DNA of 64,000 nt. It comes from Sphaerodactylus townsendi. Taxonomy: Eukaryota. Where the stretch lies: positions 43,152,001-43,216,000 of the forward strand of contig NC_059428.1 in assembly GCF_021028975.2 (NCBI RefSeq), given 5' to 3'. Below, piece by piece: positions 38,018 to 51,640 of the stretch. The notes below the pieces were generated by a model that saw only the letters and a program-made list of their open reading frames with translations, did no database searches and had not been told where the DNA came from. Positions within the stretch are counted from its first letter, which is position 1. Every line of letters starts with the position of its first letter. The position numbers and the translations under genes are program-made.

Positions 38018-38476
38018 TGTTGGAATAAGCGACTTCTGCATGCCTGGACACTGGGGGGGGGGGGTGCTGTGTATCTCACTCTAACTGTGATGTTGCCTCT
38101 CTTGTTTGCCCTCCTTGTCTGGGCCAGGAGACCGCCCACTAACTTCCTTTCTTCCCCATGTTAGCTTCACTTCTGCTCTAGCCTTTGACCCGAGCGCATG
38201 GTCAATGGCAGCCTGCTCAGTAGGCCTTTGCCACTGCAGCATCCACTCACTTCCACACACGTGATGGCACGTTAGTTGTGCCCACTTGTCATAGGGAAAG
38301 TAATCTCTTTAGTCTAGGGTTCTTTCTATCTACCTTTTCTTGGAACAAAGTTGTGAACTGAAGATGATTGAATAAATGTAAGTTTTACTTTTACATTTAT
38401 GTCTCTGGAGAAGTTTCTATAAACTGCAGTCACACACACTACTGGGCATATCCATGACTCTAAACGAAATCTAACA
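38018..38476 (+). mobile_element. Solo LTR (459 bp)
   Basis: TGTTGG...CTAACA termini, perfect 5-bp TSD ATTTG (38013-38017 / 38477-38481), AATAAA at ~38371. Confidence 0.88.
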
Positions 38477-39584
38477 ATTTGTTGGATATCCTACAATCAT
38501 TTGAGTTCAAGAGCTAACATTTACTCATGTATATAACATCCTGTTGTCACATTATAGCTACTTGATTTTTTTTTCAATACCAACCACTTATAACGGGAAA
38601 CATCAGACTATAAATTAATCTTGATGGTTTTTAAACTCTTAAGGATGCTGTGCTGTAATTAGTATTACCTTGTGCTGTCTGCCATGCTGATAAAACTGCC
38701 TTGAGTGTTTATAAGTTTTGATGGAACCTTGGGTTTCCAGTGTCTTTCTTGATTATCATCCTTCTAACTTTGGGGTTCCCAAACTTTTACTTTTATTATT
38801 TTCTTTTCCCAACAATCCTTCTTGCGGGCTGAGATGTGGAGCCACCAGCTCAGTCTAGCTGTGGACAAACCCATGATGAAACAAAAAACATGAAAACTTT
38901 AGTATGGGTAAATATTTTGGCCATAGCCAGAGATATTTATTGACACAGAGTAAAAGGAAGCAAATGGTGCAGCATGGGAGGGGTGATCCAAGCCTCTGGG
39001 CAGCCTGAATGCTATCCTGCGGAGCCAACAAATGCCTCGAGCCTGCCTACTGGAGGAATTAACTGCAGCTGCAAGATTGAAGTGGAGCCTTCCAGGTGGG
39101 CGGTGGGCCCCTGTTTGGTGCCCCTCTCCATTTGCCACTAGTGGCACACAAGCCACCGTAACCCCCGCCAGGCATTCTGACCATTGGCTTGCTCCACCCT
39201 GATCTCTTAAGGAGGTATCATAACAGGGGAGCTACCCCTTCCCAGCAGATTACCCCCCATGCGTGACCCATCAACCTGGCTGAGACAATAGCTTGCAAAC
39301 AGAAAACACATTAACTAAATACAGGGACTGAGTGGGTGGGTCACGCTCAGCATCCATGGCAAGAGTGAGGCCCCTAACATGAGGCAGCATCTTATATAGG
39401 TGCCTGCCTGGTCCACTCTAATGACTTGCCTCTTCTTGCACTGCAAGAGCCAATCTGGACCTGGCTATCACACTTGCACAAGTCTGGTCTTGAAGGCACT
39501 TTCCTTGCCCTAAACTGGGCAAAACAATGCTGCCCTCGCCCAGGCCCTCCCGCCTGCAATGGGGTCGTTTCAAGCATGGCAGCA

Positions 39585-39660
39585 CTTTTATTTATTTATT
39601 TATTTATTTATTATTTATTATTTATTATTTATTTATTTTCTTTGACTTCTATACCGCCCA
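39585..39660 (-). repeat. (TTTA)n/(TTA)n tail of an L2-type 3' end
   Basis: TTTA repeats followed by TTCTATACCGCCC. Confidence 0.65.
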
Positions 39661-39764
39661 CCACCGGAGGGCCTTGCTTACGTACATATATCATGTAGGT
39701 TATTTAGAATTGATATTTCATTCCACTATGTTATGGTATTTGTCGGATTTTTGGTTTTAGTTAG

Positions 39765-39930
39765 TTAATGCAGTATAATGATAAACAGAGCAGGAAACAC
39801 CAATCTGAACTTTGCCTCTGCTGTAAATTTAAGAGATGACTTCAGGCAAGTTACTTTTAGTCATCTTCAGTCCCCATCTTCAATATGGTTTCAGTAATAC
39901 TGAACTAATTTACAGGGTGGTGGTAAGCTA
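39765..39930 (+). mobile_element. Ancient CORE/MIR-like SINE
   Basis: GATGACTTCAGGCAAGTTACTT...CAGTCCCCATCTTCAATATGG...TTACAGGGTGGTGGTAAG resembles the CORE domain. Confidence 0.5.
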
Positions 39931-41347
39931 AGCTTGACAACAAAATAAGGTAGCTTCATATTAATATGCCAGTCCAATCTTATCATGGGAGGATTGGATT
40001 GTACTGTAATGCCTGAGTGGAAATGATGATGATAATGAAGAGGAGGTACATGCATGCCTTCAGAGCTCATATAGTTGAAACAAAAGGCTGGATCAATATA
40101 TGGGAATGTTGAACTAGTCTCCCAATTCCAGTCTTACTCTAGCATGCCCTGTACCAAACACAAAGGAAAGGGAGACCCTATAGAGCACTATGTTGATCCT
40201 TATGAACACAAATGGAAAAAAGAAATCCACTTAACATACTTCCACTTGTGGAAAGAACTGCAAAAAGAAAATCTTGAGCAACATATCTCACCCCTGTTTG
40301 CCTTTATACACAATGACATACATCCACAAGATCTTGTGTAACATTCTCTCCCCTCTCCAGTATTCTCAGGGAACCATTTTGAAAATGAAACAGTTGATAG
40401 TTCACTTTCTGAAACCCTGCTGTTGGCTACACAAAATTTATTGCAACCCGAAATGAGAGTGGGGATATAACTCACTTAATGCAAGCGGACACCACTGTCT
40501 TTTTCTTGTGGCGCTGCTTTTGTGCAAGAGCTCTCACTCAAGCAAGAATTTAAAGTGTTTTAAGTGACATATGACTTAAAATGCTTTAACACTTTTTCTT
40601 ACTGCTGTGAAAATGTTTTATGGTGTTGTATCCAGCAACCCCAATTGCCCCCCAGCATTGGAAACACAGCACAGAGCCAGGAAGGAAAGGAGGGAGGGAG
40701 GGAGAGAATAGGGACAAATTTCAAGTCATGTTTCACATAGTAGTTGCACACATTGGATTTTAATACTGACAATATAAGGCACTTATTAACATGAACTCAC
40801 AGGTTCAAAAAAGGTTTGGGACCTCTGTTTTGAATGCCAATGCCAATACTGAGTGCCAGAAGTACAGATTTGCTACAATCTGATTCATTGGGGAAAAGGG
40901 AAGGGTAATCAACCAGAGTATGCTTGGGAGTACTGCCAGGGTTCTCTGGCCTCCTGGGGCCAGAGGGATCAGGACTGGGGTGGGGGACGGCTTGTTTGCC
41001 AAGGGACCTTTGGATCCCTGAGCCAGGGAAGGTTGCTGGGGCAGAAAGGCCTCTGCTAGTCCCCTGCTGGTCCAGGCCACACACCCACGCTCCACTTACC
41101 TGTCCTTAGGAGATTCCGGGCAGCCTGACAGCACGAGCCTGGTGGGGCAGGCCAAGAACACCGGGCGACGGCCCTGCCAGGTTGTCCTTCAGCACAGGCT
41201 CCACCAGCTGAAGTAGCAATCTGGTGGCGTCTGGTCAGGCTGAGGGGACAAGTGGTGTAGGGGGGAATTTTCCACTCCCACATGACCCAATGGCAGCCTG
41301 CCCAAGGCATTTGTCCCCATGGCACCCTGCTGAAGCTCTGGCTCTGG

Positions 41348-41435
41348 GGTGTGTTTGTGTGTGTCTGTGTGTGTCTGTGTGTGTGTGTGAAGTGCCATCA
41401 CATTGAAGCAGACTCAGGGCAACCCCATAAGACAA
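41348..41435 (-). mobile_element. Sauria/RTE-type SINE tail with (TG)n microsatellite
   Basis: (TG)n followed by AAGTGCCATCA...GACTCAGGGCAACCCCATA. Confidence 0.55.
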
Positions 41436-42122
41436 GAAACAAACATAAGTAGTTTGCCAGTACCTTATTAGTAATTGCACATTAAATCTTTCTTTTTTAT
41501 TTAATTTTAGTTGGTGTTTCACATATATTATTTTGTTTATAGACAAACAATACAGTTGTGTTGTAGACACTCAAGTCTGATTTTATGGGTCTTTGATCTA
41601 CATGTTGGTTTTTAACTAAGGACATTATTGGCACATTTATTTCCATTTTCAGTATTTAGCCCAGTTCTTGTCCTTAGACCTTTAGTCTCTTTTGCAATGC
41701 TGGAATTCATTGACAACCAAAAGAAATTTTTAAAAGAAATGTTTCTGTTCCTTATCCATTTTTCTATATATGTTAAAAAGTAGGTCAACATAATTTTTTA
41801 TTGATCTGACTGAATGTGATATCCTATATGTGGTAACAGACCATTGAAAGAACATTCTTGCTTTAATGAGGCTTGAGACCAGTTCTTGGAAATATGGAGC
41901 AAATTCTTATAACTTTTCTCATCTTACAAATTAAAAAACAAATAGAACTTCAGTTCATTTCTTAAGATGAGGAAAAATAACCTTGCTAAAACAATGACAT
42001 AATCCATTTTTTTTACCCAGTTTGTGTTCTGCATTCTAAAAATGAATTACTAGTGCTAAAGGAAAGGGTTTTTTCCTCATAACCCTCCCATGTTCATCTA
42101 TATATAAAGAAGGCATCAAAAT

Positions 42123-42481
42123 CCCCCACTCCCCGCAACTTCCCCCACCCTCCACTTATCTTAGTTCAGCCTGAAAGTGCAGGCTGTAAAAGTGGCCTGT
42201 TCACTTGAAACTGAAAACAGCCTGGTAGGAACTACACTTCCCAGGAGATCTCGGGGCTCGCAAGGTCTCCTGGAAGTATAGTTCCCACCAGGCCCTTTTC
42301 AGCCTCAAGTGAACAGGCCACTTTTACAGCCTGTACTTTCAGGCTGAACTAAGGTAAGTGGGGGGCGTGGGAAGCCGCGGGGAGTGGGGGGCACTGCAGG
42401 GGGACAGGGGTGATTTTCCACCCCCCCCCAGGTGTACACCCAGTGCAATGCACCCACTGTCCCCTGGTAGCTCCGCCTCTG
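42123..42481. mobile_element. Fold-back hAT-like MITE, left end missing
   Basis: ~270-bp imperfect palindrome (42123-42390) and right TIR TAGCTCCGCCTCTG. Confidence 0.8.
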
Positions 42482-44736
42482 CAGAGGCCCCCTTGCATCA
42501 ACTTCTCAACAACTAGCAGAAACTTTGGAACAGTGGAGGCAGCTAGCTGGCTTGATAACTCTGGAGAGGGGGGCCATTGGCAGGGGTTCCTATGATGCCA
42601 GAGACTCTTGGACAATGGGGGAGACTGGTGGCAGAGGCTCCCACACAGTGTGCGAGAGAAATTCAATCAATAGCCGAGGCTGGGTGTGCCCAGCAGGACT
42701 ATGGTGGCAGCGGCAATGGCGGCGGACCTGGTTGGAAGGCCGAAGACAATCAAACCAGAGTTTGTGGATATTGTTTTAGTTAGTATAGCTAGTTGTAGAT
42801 GCTGATGTTCAGTGTAGAATTTTAGTCAGTTGTAGTTAACTTTTCCCTCCTTTTCTTAGCATTTCCTTAGTATTTTGGCTGTATTTTTAGGTCAGTGTCA
42901 GTATTCTAGTTAGTAAATTGCTGTACTACTAGTAACCTGTGGGTATTGTTTTGGGGGTGCTGAGGAGGTGTTATTTAACTCATTACTAGCCTTAGTTACT
43001 GTGCCGGCACTATAGGGATATGTTAGTCCTGGGTATGTTGTTGTAGTTTTATGATAAGTTGTCATCTATATCTATTCATTTTGTAATTGACATTATGTAA
43101 TCTGCTATTATGCACTTTGATATTATGCCATTGATATTTTTGCTGTTATGATGTTGTATTATTGTTATATTCCGTTATTGACACTTTTTATTGTTAAGAT
43201 GCTATTGATGTTTCGCTATTATGCCTTGAAATGTTGTCTATTGTTGATATGTTATGATCGATGATGTTTACTATTTGATCTGTTTGTTGTTAAGCTGCCC
43301 TGAGCCCCTCGGGAGAGAGCAGGGTATAAATCTAACAAATGATATGAATGAAAATAAAATGACATTAAATGGATATATGGTATTAAAATTAAAATTAAAT
43401 TATATTAAAATTAAATAACTTTCACAATAGAGCACATGCTGCAAACCATGCTGCACTTACTGCTTGAAAGCAGTGGCTCCGACGGTGCTTTAGATAGCCA
43501 GTAGCAAAAAAAGGAAAGCAGTTGATTCATTCAGTCCTAGCAGAGGAAGGGCCTACATTTCTTTCTCTGTAGCTGTTCTCTCTTCCATGGATCCCATTGG
43601 AAGGAAGAAATTCAATTTCCCAGGAATTTGAAAATCAAAGGAAAACAAGATACCTGCTATGGATTTTTTTTTGGGGGGGGGGGAGGGTAGAGCATTTTTT
43701 GTAGAAATCTGGAGTTGTCTTTACAGTTCTGAAAAATATGGTAATAGCCCAATGCAACAATTTCTGTTCAAATTTTCAGTTTGAAAATTTCAGAAAGGTA
43801 CTGGATTCTTTGACAGAGCTAGATCAAGAGATGATGGAGGGTCACTCTTCTCCCTCAGTCCCCAGGGATGGATATTTGGAAAAGAGTACTCTGAGAAGAA
43901 GCTGTTCATTGGCAATATCATTAAATCCAAAGACTACAAAATTAAATAAACCATGAATTAGAGCATTTATTTTTGGATTTCAAAACTGTTCGTGCTTATG
44001 CAAGTGACAAAATTATATATCTGGTAGAATTACATTTATATCGTTTTTATATATGATCCACTATACATTTTATTCTGTAGGAATACACCATCATTCTCAA
44101 AAACCTCTGTAAATAATGCATGAATTGTATATAACACCCACAGTGGTTTTTAAACAACCATGTTTATAGCTTTGAAATGACAGAGTTCTCTTTTACACAG
44201 TCTTCTGTACAAGAAGCAATGTATTTGGAAACTAACTTCATATTTCCTCACTACTGAGTTTTATGGAATGATGGCAAATTGAATTGTTTGGAAGATTGCT
44301 TCTTACCAATAGCAAAAGCCTCAACAACTGGACTTTTGATTACTTGGTCTGTTGGGTTTTGGATTTGAAGAGAAGATTTTCTATTGCAAGGAAATTGAGA
44401 GAAATTATTGCTTGGTAGCAGAAAATAAAGATTATTAGTTTTTTTGGGAAAAAACTAATTAGCAGACAGCAGGGAATATTAGTCAGTGTAATTAATTTAC
44501 CAATGACAGAAGAGAAATATTAATAATGGTGTGCAGATTATAACTGAAATCCTAAATTGCATTTGTGTCATCAATTTTACTGTGTTGTCTTGGTGTACTA
44601 ATTCAGTCATTTTAGAATGTTCAGCTATATGTATTTTAAATAACATTTCTTTTATTTATTTTTAGATTTATACCCCGCCCTTCCCTGAGGGGCTCAGGGT
44701 GGCAGCAACAGTTAAAAGCACAATAAAATCATAAGT

Positions 44737-45051
44737 ACGGCACCCCCCATACTTACTTTAGAAACCGAGCAGGCTGGAGAACAGGCCTGTTCCCTTCCAG
44801 GCTTCAAAGGCCCTGGTGGGAACTACATTTCCCAGGAGACCCACCACAGTTCCCACCACGGCCTTTGAAGCTGTTCTCCAGCCTGCTTGGTTTGTAATGT
44901 AAGTATGGGGGGCACCGTGGGGGGGCACCATGGGGGGATGCTAGGGGGGAAGGGGGAGGGGTCTGGGGGGAATTTTCCAACCCCCATTTGACCCAAAACC
45001 ATGTGCACGGTGCACGGTGCACCCCCCTATCCCCTGATAGCTTTGCCAGTG
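44737..45051. mobile_element. Fold-back hAT-like MITE, same family as 15499 and 42123
   Basis: Internal palindrome around GGTGGGAACTACATTTCCCAGGAG and right end TAGCTTTGCCAGTG. Confidence 0.7.
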
Positions 45052-46256
45052 CGAAAGACTACAAAGGTGGTTTACCATTGCCATATCACACCCCTGGTAT
45101 TTCTTTGAGATCCCTCATGCAAATATTTGTCAGGGTCAAAACTGATTGGGTGATTGACCCAGGGTCACCCAGCAAGTTTCCATTACAATGTGGGGATTTA
45201 GACCTGGGTTTTCCAGATCTTAGTCGAACATCTTAATCACTATCCCATGCTGGGTCTCTATATTAGCAATGTTTAAAGTGATTCTATGGCTATGAAGACT
45301 CCATAAAATGTGAATGTTTGTTAAATATGCCTCTAGCAGCCATTAGCAGGGTATGTGTGATGGGATGCATATGCATGTAGGTGAGATAGGTGGAACAATC
45401 CAGGTGACATACAGTTAAGGCTAACCACATGACTCAGATAATACCGCAGTGACACCTGAACTTTGCTTAGAAATGAGCAAAATAGAGGCATCTACAGATG
45501 AGTGTGTCAACTAGAAGAAGAACAGATTTCAGAAGTTCTGCTTCATGAGCGGTCTGAACCAAGAGATAGTAAGGAGCAGACTGGAGATGGGGGGGGGGGA
45601 AAGGTCTCAAGAAGTTACTGAATCAGACCATTAGTTCATCTAGTCCAGTATTCATTCATCCATCTATCCAATTTATATCCTGCATTATCCAGAAGACCCA
45701 AGGCAGAATACTATCTACTCTGCCCAAGGCAGAATACTATCTCTTCTGACAGGCAGTGATTCTCCAGTAACTCAGGAATAATGATGTTCCGTTTCAAAAC
45801 AAAAACAGGAGTGTGGGATTTATCAATCTTTTCAGTAGCTCAACTTCAAAGTTGGAATCTGTTTTGGGGTTTTTATGAAAAAATGGCATGCAGCCCAGTA
45901 TGCAAGTGGGAGGAGGAGGAGATTAAAGTGAGAAAAAAAGATTAAGAAAGAAAATAACAAAATCAATGAACACTAACAAAAATGAACCATTTTTGAAAGG
46001 TCATTTCTTTTTCAAATCACATAACTGAATAAGATGCAGACGTTTCCCTTTTCCTAAGAGCTGAGGAATGCTTTATGCACTCATGTCCACTGTGTACATG
46101 AAACATTATGTAACTTTTGAAAAGAATGACTGATCTTTGTATGAGCTCCCTCAGTAATCTCATTCCCAGACTTTTAGTTCCAGATTCTTATTACAGGACA
46201 GTCATAATGAACGAAGCATCAAAACAAAGTGGACTTCGAACCTCATGCAGCTCAGT

Positions 46257-47194
46257 GGCCATTTCTGCATGATTCAAACATCCTGGGTGATTCAAACATC
46301 CTGGGTGATTCAAACATCCTGGGATTCAAATATCCCGGTTTGGACAAGAAGTTTGTACAATTCCCAATCCTAAAGCGGGTTTGTCCTGCGATATTTCCCT
46401 TATCCCATGTTTTTTTAAAAAAAATGCTAAAATGTTGATCCTTTTCCAAAATTCAGCATTGAATCACTTCAATGCGAAGGACACAGGAGTAAAACCGATT
46501 TGTTTTACCCACCTCACCGCCTGAGCTCCCTGCCTTACATCATGCTCCCCCTGTTCCTGTTTGGTCTCACCAAGTGCCACTCACTAGCCGAGCCACAGCC
46601 AGCCCAGTTCTGCAGCTCCCAACTCACATTCCCAATGGGATCCTGGGAGGGAAGAGATGGGGAAGTGCCTGCCTGGCAGGATGCTTTCATTCCATGACAG
46701 CCCCAAAGATCATTCAAATGTTATTTGGTATATCGAGGGGAGGGTGAGTGTCTCGTACTGTGGTTTCCTGCACACCCTTAAATGTGGATGAGACAAAGTG
46801 CTCTACCCAGTATTGGTCAAACGTTTTTTTAACTTTGTATAGCACAGTGTACTTGTCATGTTGCTCACTGCACCAGCTCTATTCCAAGGCTAGAGAAAAG
46901 GGGTGGGTGTGTCCTGCTTGGTTTTCCTATGGTTCCTGTGGATCCGTCAATCAGAAGCATTGCCTTTGGGAGGGAGGGAAGAGCCAATCAAAACACAGCA
47001 CACCGGGAATGTTAGAGCATGCAAGCTGCATTTACGTTGTAAAAACAAAAAAAGCCAGAGTATTTCCTCTCGCTCTTAACTCAACTCCTTCACAGAAACG
47101 GGCACCCATACAATGGGAGAAACCGGAATAAAATAGACCCAGATTTTTAAATACTGAATGTAACCAAGTATAATTATGCTGTGCAGAATCGACC
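46257..47194. mobile_element. Non-autonomous PIF/Harbinger element (family of 32503-33548)
   Basis: Termini GGCCATTTCTGCA / TGTGCAGAATCGACC, shared subterminal blocks, and an 18-bp tandem triplication at 46271-46323. Confidence 0.8.
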
Positions 47195-47740
47195 AATCTT
47201 CAGGCCAAAATGAATTAATGCCTCAAAAACTCCAAGGGGAATCTCCAGTCAGAATGAGGCACTTCAGTGAGAAGGTTAGAGGATAGAGTAATTAAAAGCA
47301 ATGTTCTGTTGCTTGTAGTTGCTTGGGTCTGTAATTCTATTAAAATACACATTATTTCTCTTGTCCTGCTTGAGCTCATTTGTACAATGAAGGGCAACCA
47401 TTAAATATACCACCAGGATTTACATCAAAATACACTTTTCTTTTCTTTTCCATTCAAATTCCAGCTGGCCTATGGCAATCTGGTAGAATTTTCAAGGCAA
47501 GAGACAGTCAGAGGTTTGCCATTGCTTGCTTCTGCCTAGTGACTCATAGGCTGATTTTTCATGGTCAAAATGCCCTGTGGTAGATCTTACCTGCTGCTGC
47601 GCTTTTTGTCCTGCTTCTGACTTTTCACTGCTCCCTGGTTCTTCCCAGGATTCAAGGCAGGGCCGGCATGTTATGCCCCAGCTGTTTCTTCACAGTGGTT
47701 TTCCATTTGCTCCACAAGCTGTTCTGCAATCTCTTATGGC

Positions 47741-48658
47741 AAATGATGGCAAATGCAGTTCAATGTAAAATGTAAAGTGATGCACATAGGGGCAAAAAAA
47801 CCAAACTTCACATACACGTTACAGGGGTCAGTGCTATCAGTCACAGACCAGGAAAGGGATTGGGGTGTCTTAGTTGATAGTTCCATGGGAATGTCAACTC
47901 AATGCATGGCAGCTGTGAAAAAGGCAAACTCTATGCCGGGGATAATTAGGAAATGAATTGATAATAAAACTGCAAAGATTGTCATGCCCTTATATAAAGC
48001 AGTGGTGCGACCGTACTTGGAGTATTGTGTTCAGTTCTGGTTGCCATATTGCTAAAAGGATATCGAAGAGATAGAAAAAGTGCAGAGAAGTGTAACAAGG
48101 ATGACTGAGGGATTGGAGCACCTTCCTTATGAGGAGAAGCTGCAGCGTTCAGGACTCTTTAGTTTGGAGAGGAGACATCTGAGGGGGGGATATGATTGAA
48201 GTCTATAAAATTATGCATGGGGTAGAAAATGTTGACAGAGAGAAATGTTTCTCTCTTTCTCACAATACTAAAACTGGGGGGCATACATTGAAAATGCTGG
48301 GGGGAAGAATTCGGACTAATAAAAGAAAATATTTCTTCACGCAACATGTGATTGGTGTTTGGAATATGCTGCCACAGGAGGTGGTGATGGCCACTAACCT
48401 GGATAACTTTAAAAGGGGCTTGGACAGATTCATGGAGAAGTCAATGTATGGCTACCAATCTTGATCCTCCTTGATCTGAGATTGCAAATGCCTTAGCAGA
48501 CCAGGCGCTCGGGAGCAGCCACAGCAGCAGAAGGCCATTGCTTTCACATCTTGCATGTGAGCTCCCAAAGGTATCTGGTGGGCCACTGCGAGTAACAGAG
48601 TGCTGGACTAGGTGGACTCTGGTCTGATCCAGCAGGCTTTCTTATGTTCTTATGTTCT
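47741..48658 (+). mobile_element. CR1 LINE 3' portion (RT C-terminus, 3' UTR, (TTCTTATG)n tail)
   Basis: WQMQFNVKCKVMHIG, LYKAVVRPYLEYCVQFW, MIEVYKIMHG and VWNMLPQEVV, ending in the 8-bp terminal repeat. Confidence 0.95.
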
Positions 48659-51449
48659 CTTCCATGTATGTGCGGACAACCTCTGTCTCCCGCGTTCTGA
48701 TTGGCTGATTCCTCCCCATTCCCTCACTCACTTTCACTAGTGTCGTTTTAAATGACTTTGAACCCAAAACTTCTTCTTTATTGATAAGATACAGCTTTGA
48801 AAACAGTGAAAAAAACACAGAGGGAGAAACCATGGATTTAGACAGAAGAAACGAGCTTGACAAAAGACAGAGGGAAATGACCTTCACCCCCAGCCCAAAT
48901 TCCCCTCTGCAATCCATACATTTGCTGGCTCCAAAGCAGAGAGGGAAATGGCTGCAAAGCAGAGAGGGAAACGGCTCTCCCCCCACCCCATCCTGCATTC
49001 CCCTCTGCCATCCACACATTTGCCGGCTCCAAAGCAGAGAGGGAAACAGCTGCATTTCTAAAATTACTAAGACAACAATTACATTGGAGTATGTTTGCAG
49101 ATGGCTTTTCAGTTCCATTTTTTCTCCTCCATTGCCTGTAGGAAATTAGGAATACATTTGTCTCCTTATCCCTTTCACATGGCCAAAGCCCTACAAAGAC
49201 TGTTGCCAACAGCTTACAACAGCCAACTATCTCATAAGATCCAATAGTGATCTGTCCTAAAATCCACATAGTATAGTGGTTAGGGTACCAGACTGTGACC
49301 AGGGAAACCCAGATCCAAATCCACAGCCAGAAAAACATAGTATAAAAATATGACAGAAATTTCTATACAATCAATTTATAATTCTTCAACCTTTGTAATA
49401 ACAGCCCAATAAGTTTCTTGTTTATTATACAATAATTTACAGCGGCACTCATTTTGAAATGTATGATCTTTCTTCCTTTTCCCAGAACACTCATTTGCAT
49501 CTTTAAAAAAAATCTACCTCCAGGTTCACATTGCATTCTGATGTATTGCCTTCTACCCATCTCCACTTCATTCTCTGCAGCTCAAGGCACACTGGAATAC
49601 ACTGAAGATGGAATAATTGAAACAGCTGGCATCCTCTGCCTTATAACACACCATCTGTTCATCTTCAAACAAGTGGTAAAACCCACTGAGTACAGGTTAA
49701 AAACAACTTTTGATGCATAATCAGAGAACAGCAGTCAATAGGAGGTGGGCATTTACAATTTTCCCACCATACAAACCCTCATCATTTTAACTATGCATGT
49801 CTGCCACTCTGTCTCTGAACTGATTTTAGAACCTCTGAGCTTCCTTAAAGAACTTTAAAACAATGGTGTAATTTTGCAGAGCTCTATTTGAATTCCAGGA
49901 ATTTTCTTTTACCCCCCCCCCCTGCAATTTTAACAGAAGACATACTAAATAATCTTGTGCTATTTGGGGGGTTGACAATCAGGCAGTCACCTATTTTCAC
50001 TTGGACAAAATCAGCATTGTATCCAGAGTCTCCTATTTACAAGCAATATTAAGCCAGTTCAAAGCTACTGATGAAAGATACAAGGTCTGCAGTACGCAAT
50101 ATTTCTTTTTGCTAGTGATGCTAGTGGAATTGAATCCACTATCCATTCAGGCTGTATCGTGGAGTATGGGCAAGTTGGGGAACAAATAACAGTTACGTTT
50201 GCTGGTAAATTCAATATGACTGTGTGATAGGGAAGTTTAATCTCAGGTTAAAAATCTTCAGTCTGTAGTGTCTTTACAACTATCATTGTAACTATAATTG
50301 CAGATATGTATGTGTGTGGGGGAGGGGATTACCATAACTTGACTTACGCTATCAACCATTTAAAAATTGATATGTATGGGGAGAATATGAATGGGAAAAA
50401 TAAGGGCCTTTAAACTGTTTTGATAAAGGTATTTTCATGCACACCTGCATAGGCTTAGTGAGACCACTTATGTCTATTTCCCTAGGGTGGGCTAGGCTTC
50501 AATGAAATCACATTAGAAATTCCTGATGTTGTTTTTGATTGTCTTTCTTTCCATCCCTCATAAAGGCAAGAGAACAAGTGTCTCTTGGCTTCTTGTGGCA
50601 TGATGGAGTTAACGGGGTTAAGCTATCACAGCTTGCCAATTTTTCTTTGTTTCAGAATGCCTAATCAAAATTCAGTACAGGCAGTAGGAAATGTCTTCCT
50701 TAAACAGTGTACTGGATGCATAATACTGCTCAACTTTCTCTTTTCTCAGTCATGTGGTTCTTTTTTCTGATACTGTAAACAGTGTAAAAACACATTGACA
50801 TAGGAAATAAAAACCCAGAAGGGCGCTTGTGAAAACAGCTACAAAGGATATTTTTTTCTAAATGTCTTGCCTAACAAGACCCCATTTAAACGAAATCAGC
50901 AGGAAAAACAGTAAGACAAGTATTCTAGCATGCTTCATGCTATGCACTGGTTGGCATGACATGTTTGACTTCTGGTCAGCTTTCCAATTCAGCACAATGA
51001 AAAAGGGCAAGTGACTTAAAGATTGCACACTGCCTCTTTTATGTGGAAGGCCAGGTGAGTTCTTTTCAGCTTGACACGAGAAGCATCTTAAGCTAAACCA
51101 GAGCCTATATCTATAAATATATATCAACCTATGTCTTCTGGATAGAGTTGCAAAAGACTAGGCTAGAGAAGGAGATGTTAAAATCTGTTAAGGTTTTGTA
51201 AAACCCTGGATCAATAATCCAAATCGGACTCTGTAACATGACGGTTAAGAAGCCTTTTTTGGTAGATACATGGGTAAGAGGGAAAAAGCTGGTTCTGCCA
51301 GAACCTTCAAACAACCCCAATATATCAAACCTCATTCCTCCTCCCCCCTCCCTGGCCCATAATACTATCCCAGACTACAGAAGGTGCAAAGAACAGGAAT
51401 GTAAGATGAACCAAGGTCAAAAGAAAGAAATAAAGCCTTTAGCTGAGAG

Positions 51450-51640
51450 CAAGGATGTAGGTAAGGGGGGGGGGTTCTCGGGTTCAACCCCCCCATTGCA
51501 TGTCCGAAGCTCCGCTCCCCATTTGTGTGGGGGTTTTTTTTGTAATTTTTAGTGTTTTTTGGTTTTTGGCCTGCAGGGGGAACATTTTTAGGCTAGCAAC
51601 ACCAAAATTTCAGGGATTTGTTAGGAGACTCTCAGATACA
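51450..51640 (-). mobile_element. Terminal fragment of the hAT-like family at 52751-53896
   Basis: Diverged reverse-complement homologue of 53720-53896 (CAAGGATGTAGGTAAG terminus). Confidence 0.75.

Noticed and set aside
46271-46335. 18-bp repeats superficially like a CRISPR array or coding repeat (DSNILG x3)
   Set aside because: No spacers. It is a simple tandem slippage repeat inside a transposon end in eukaryotic DNA.
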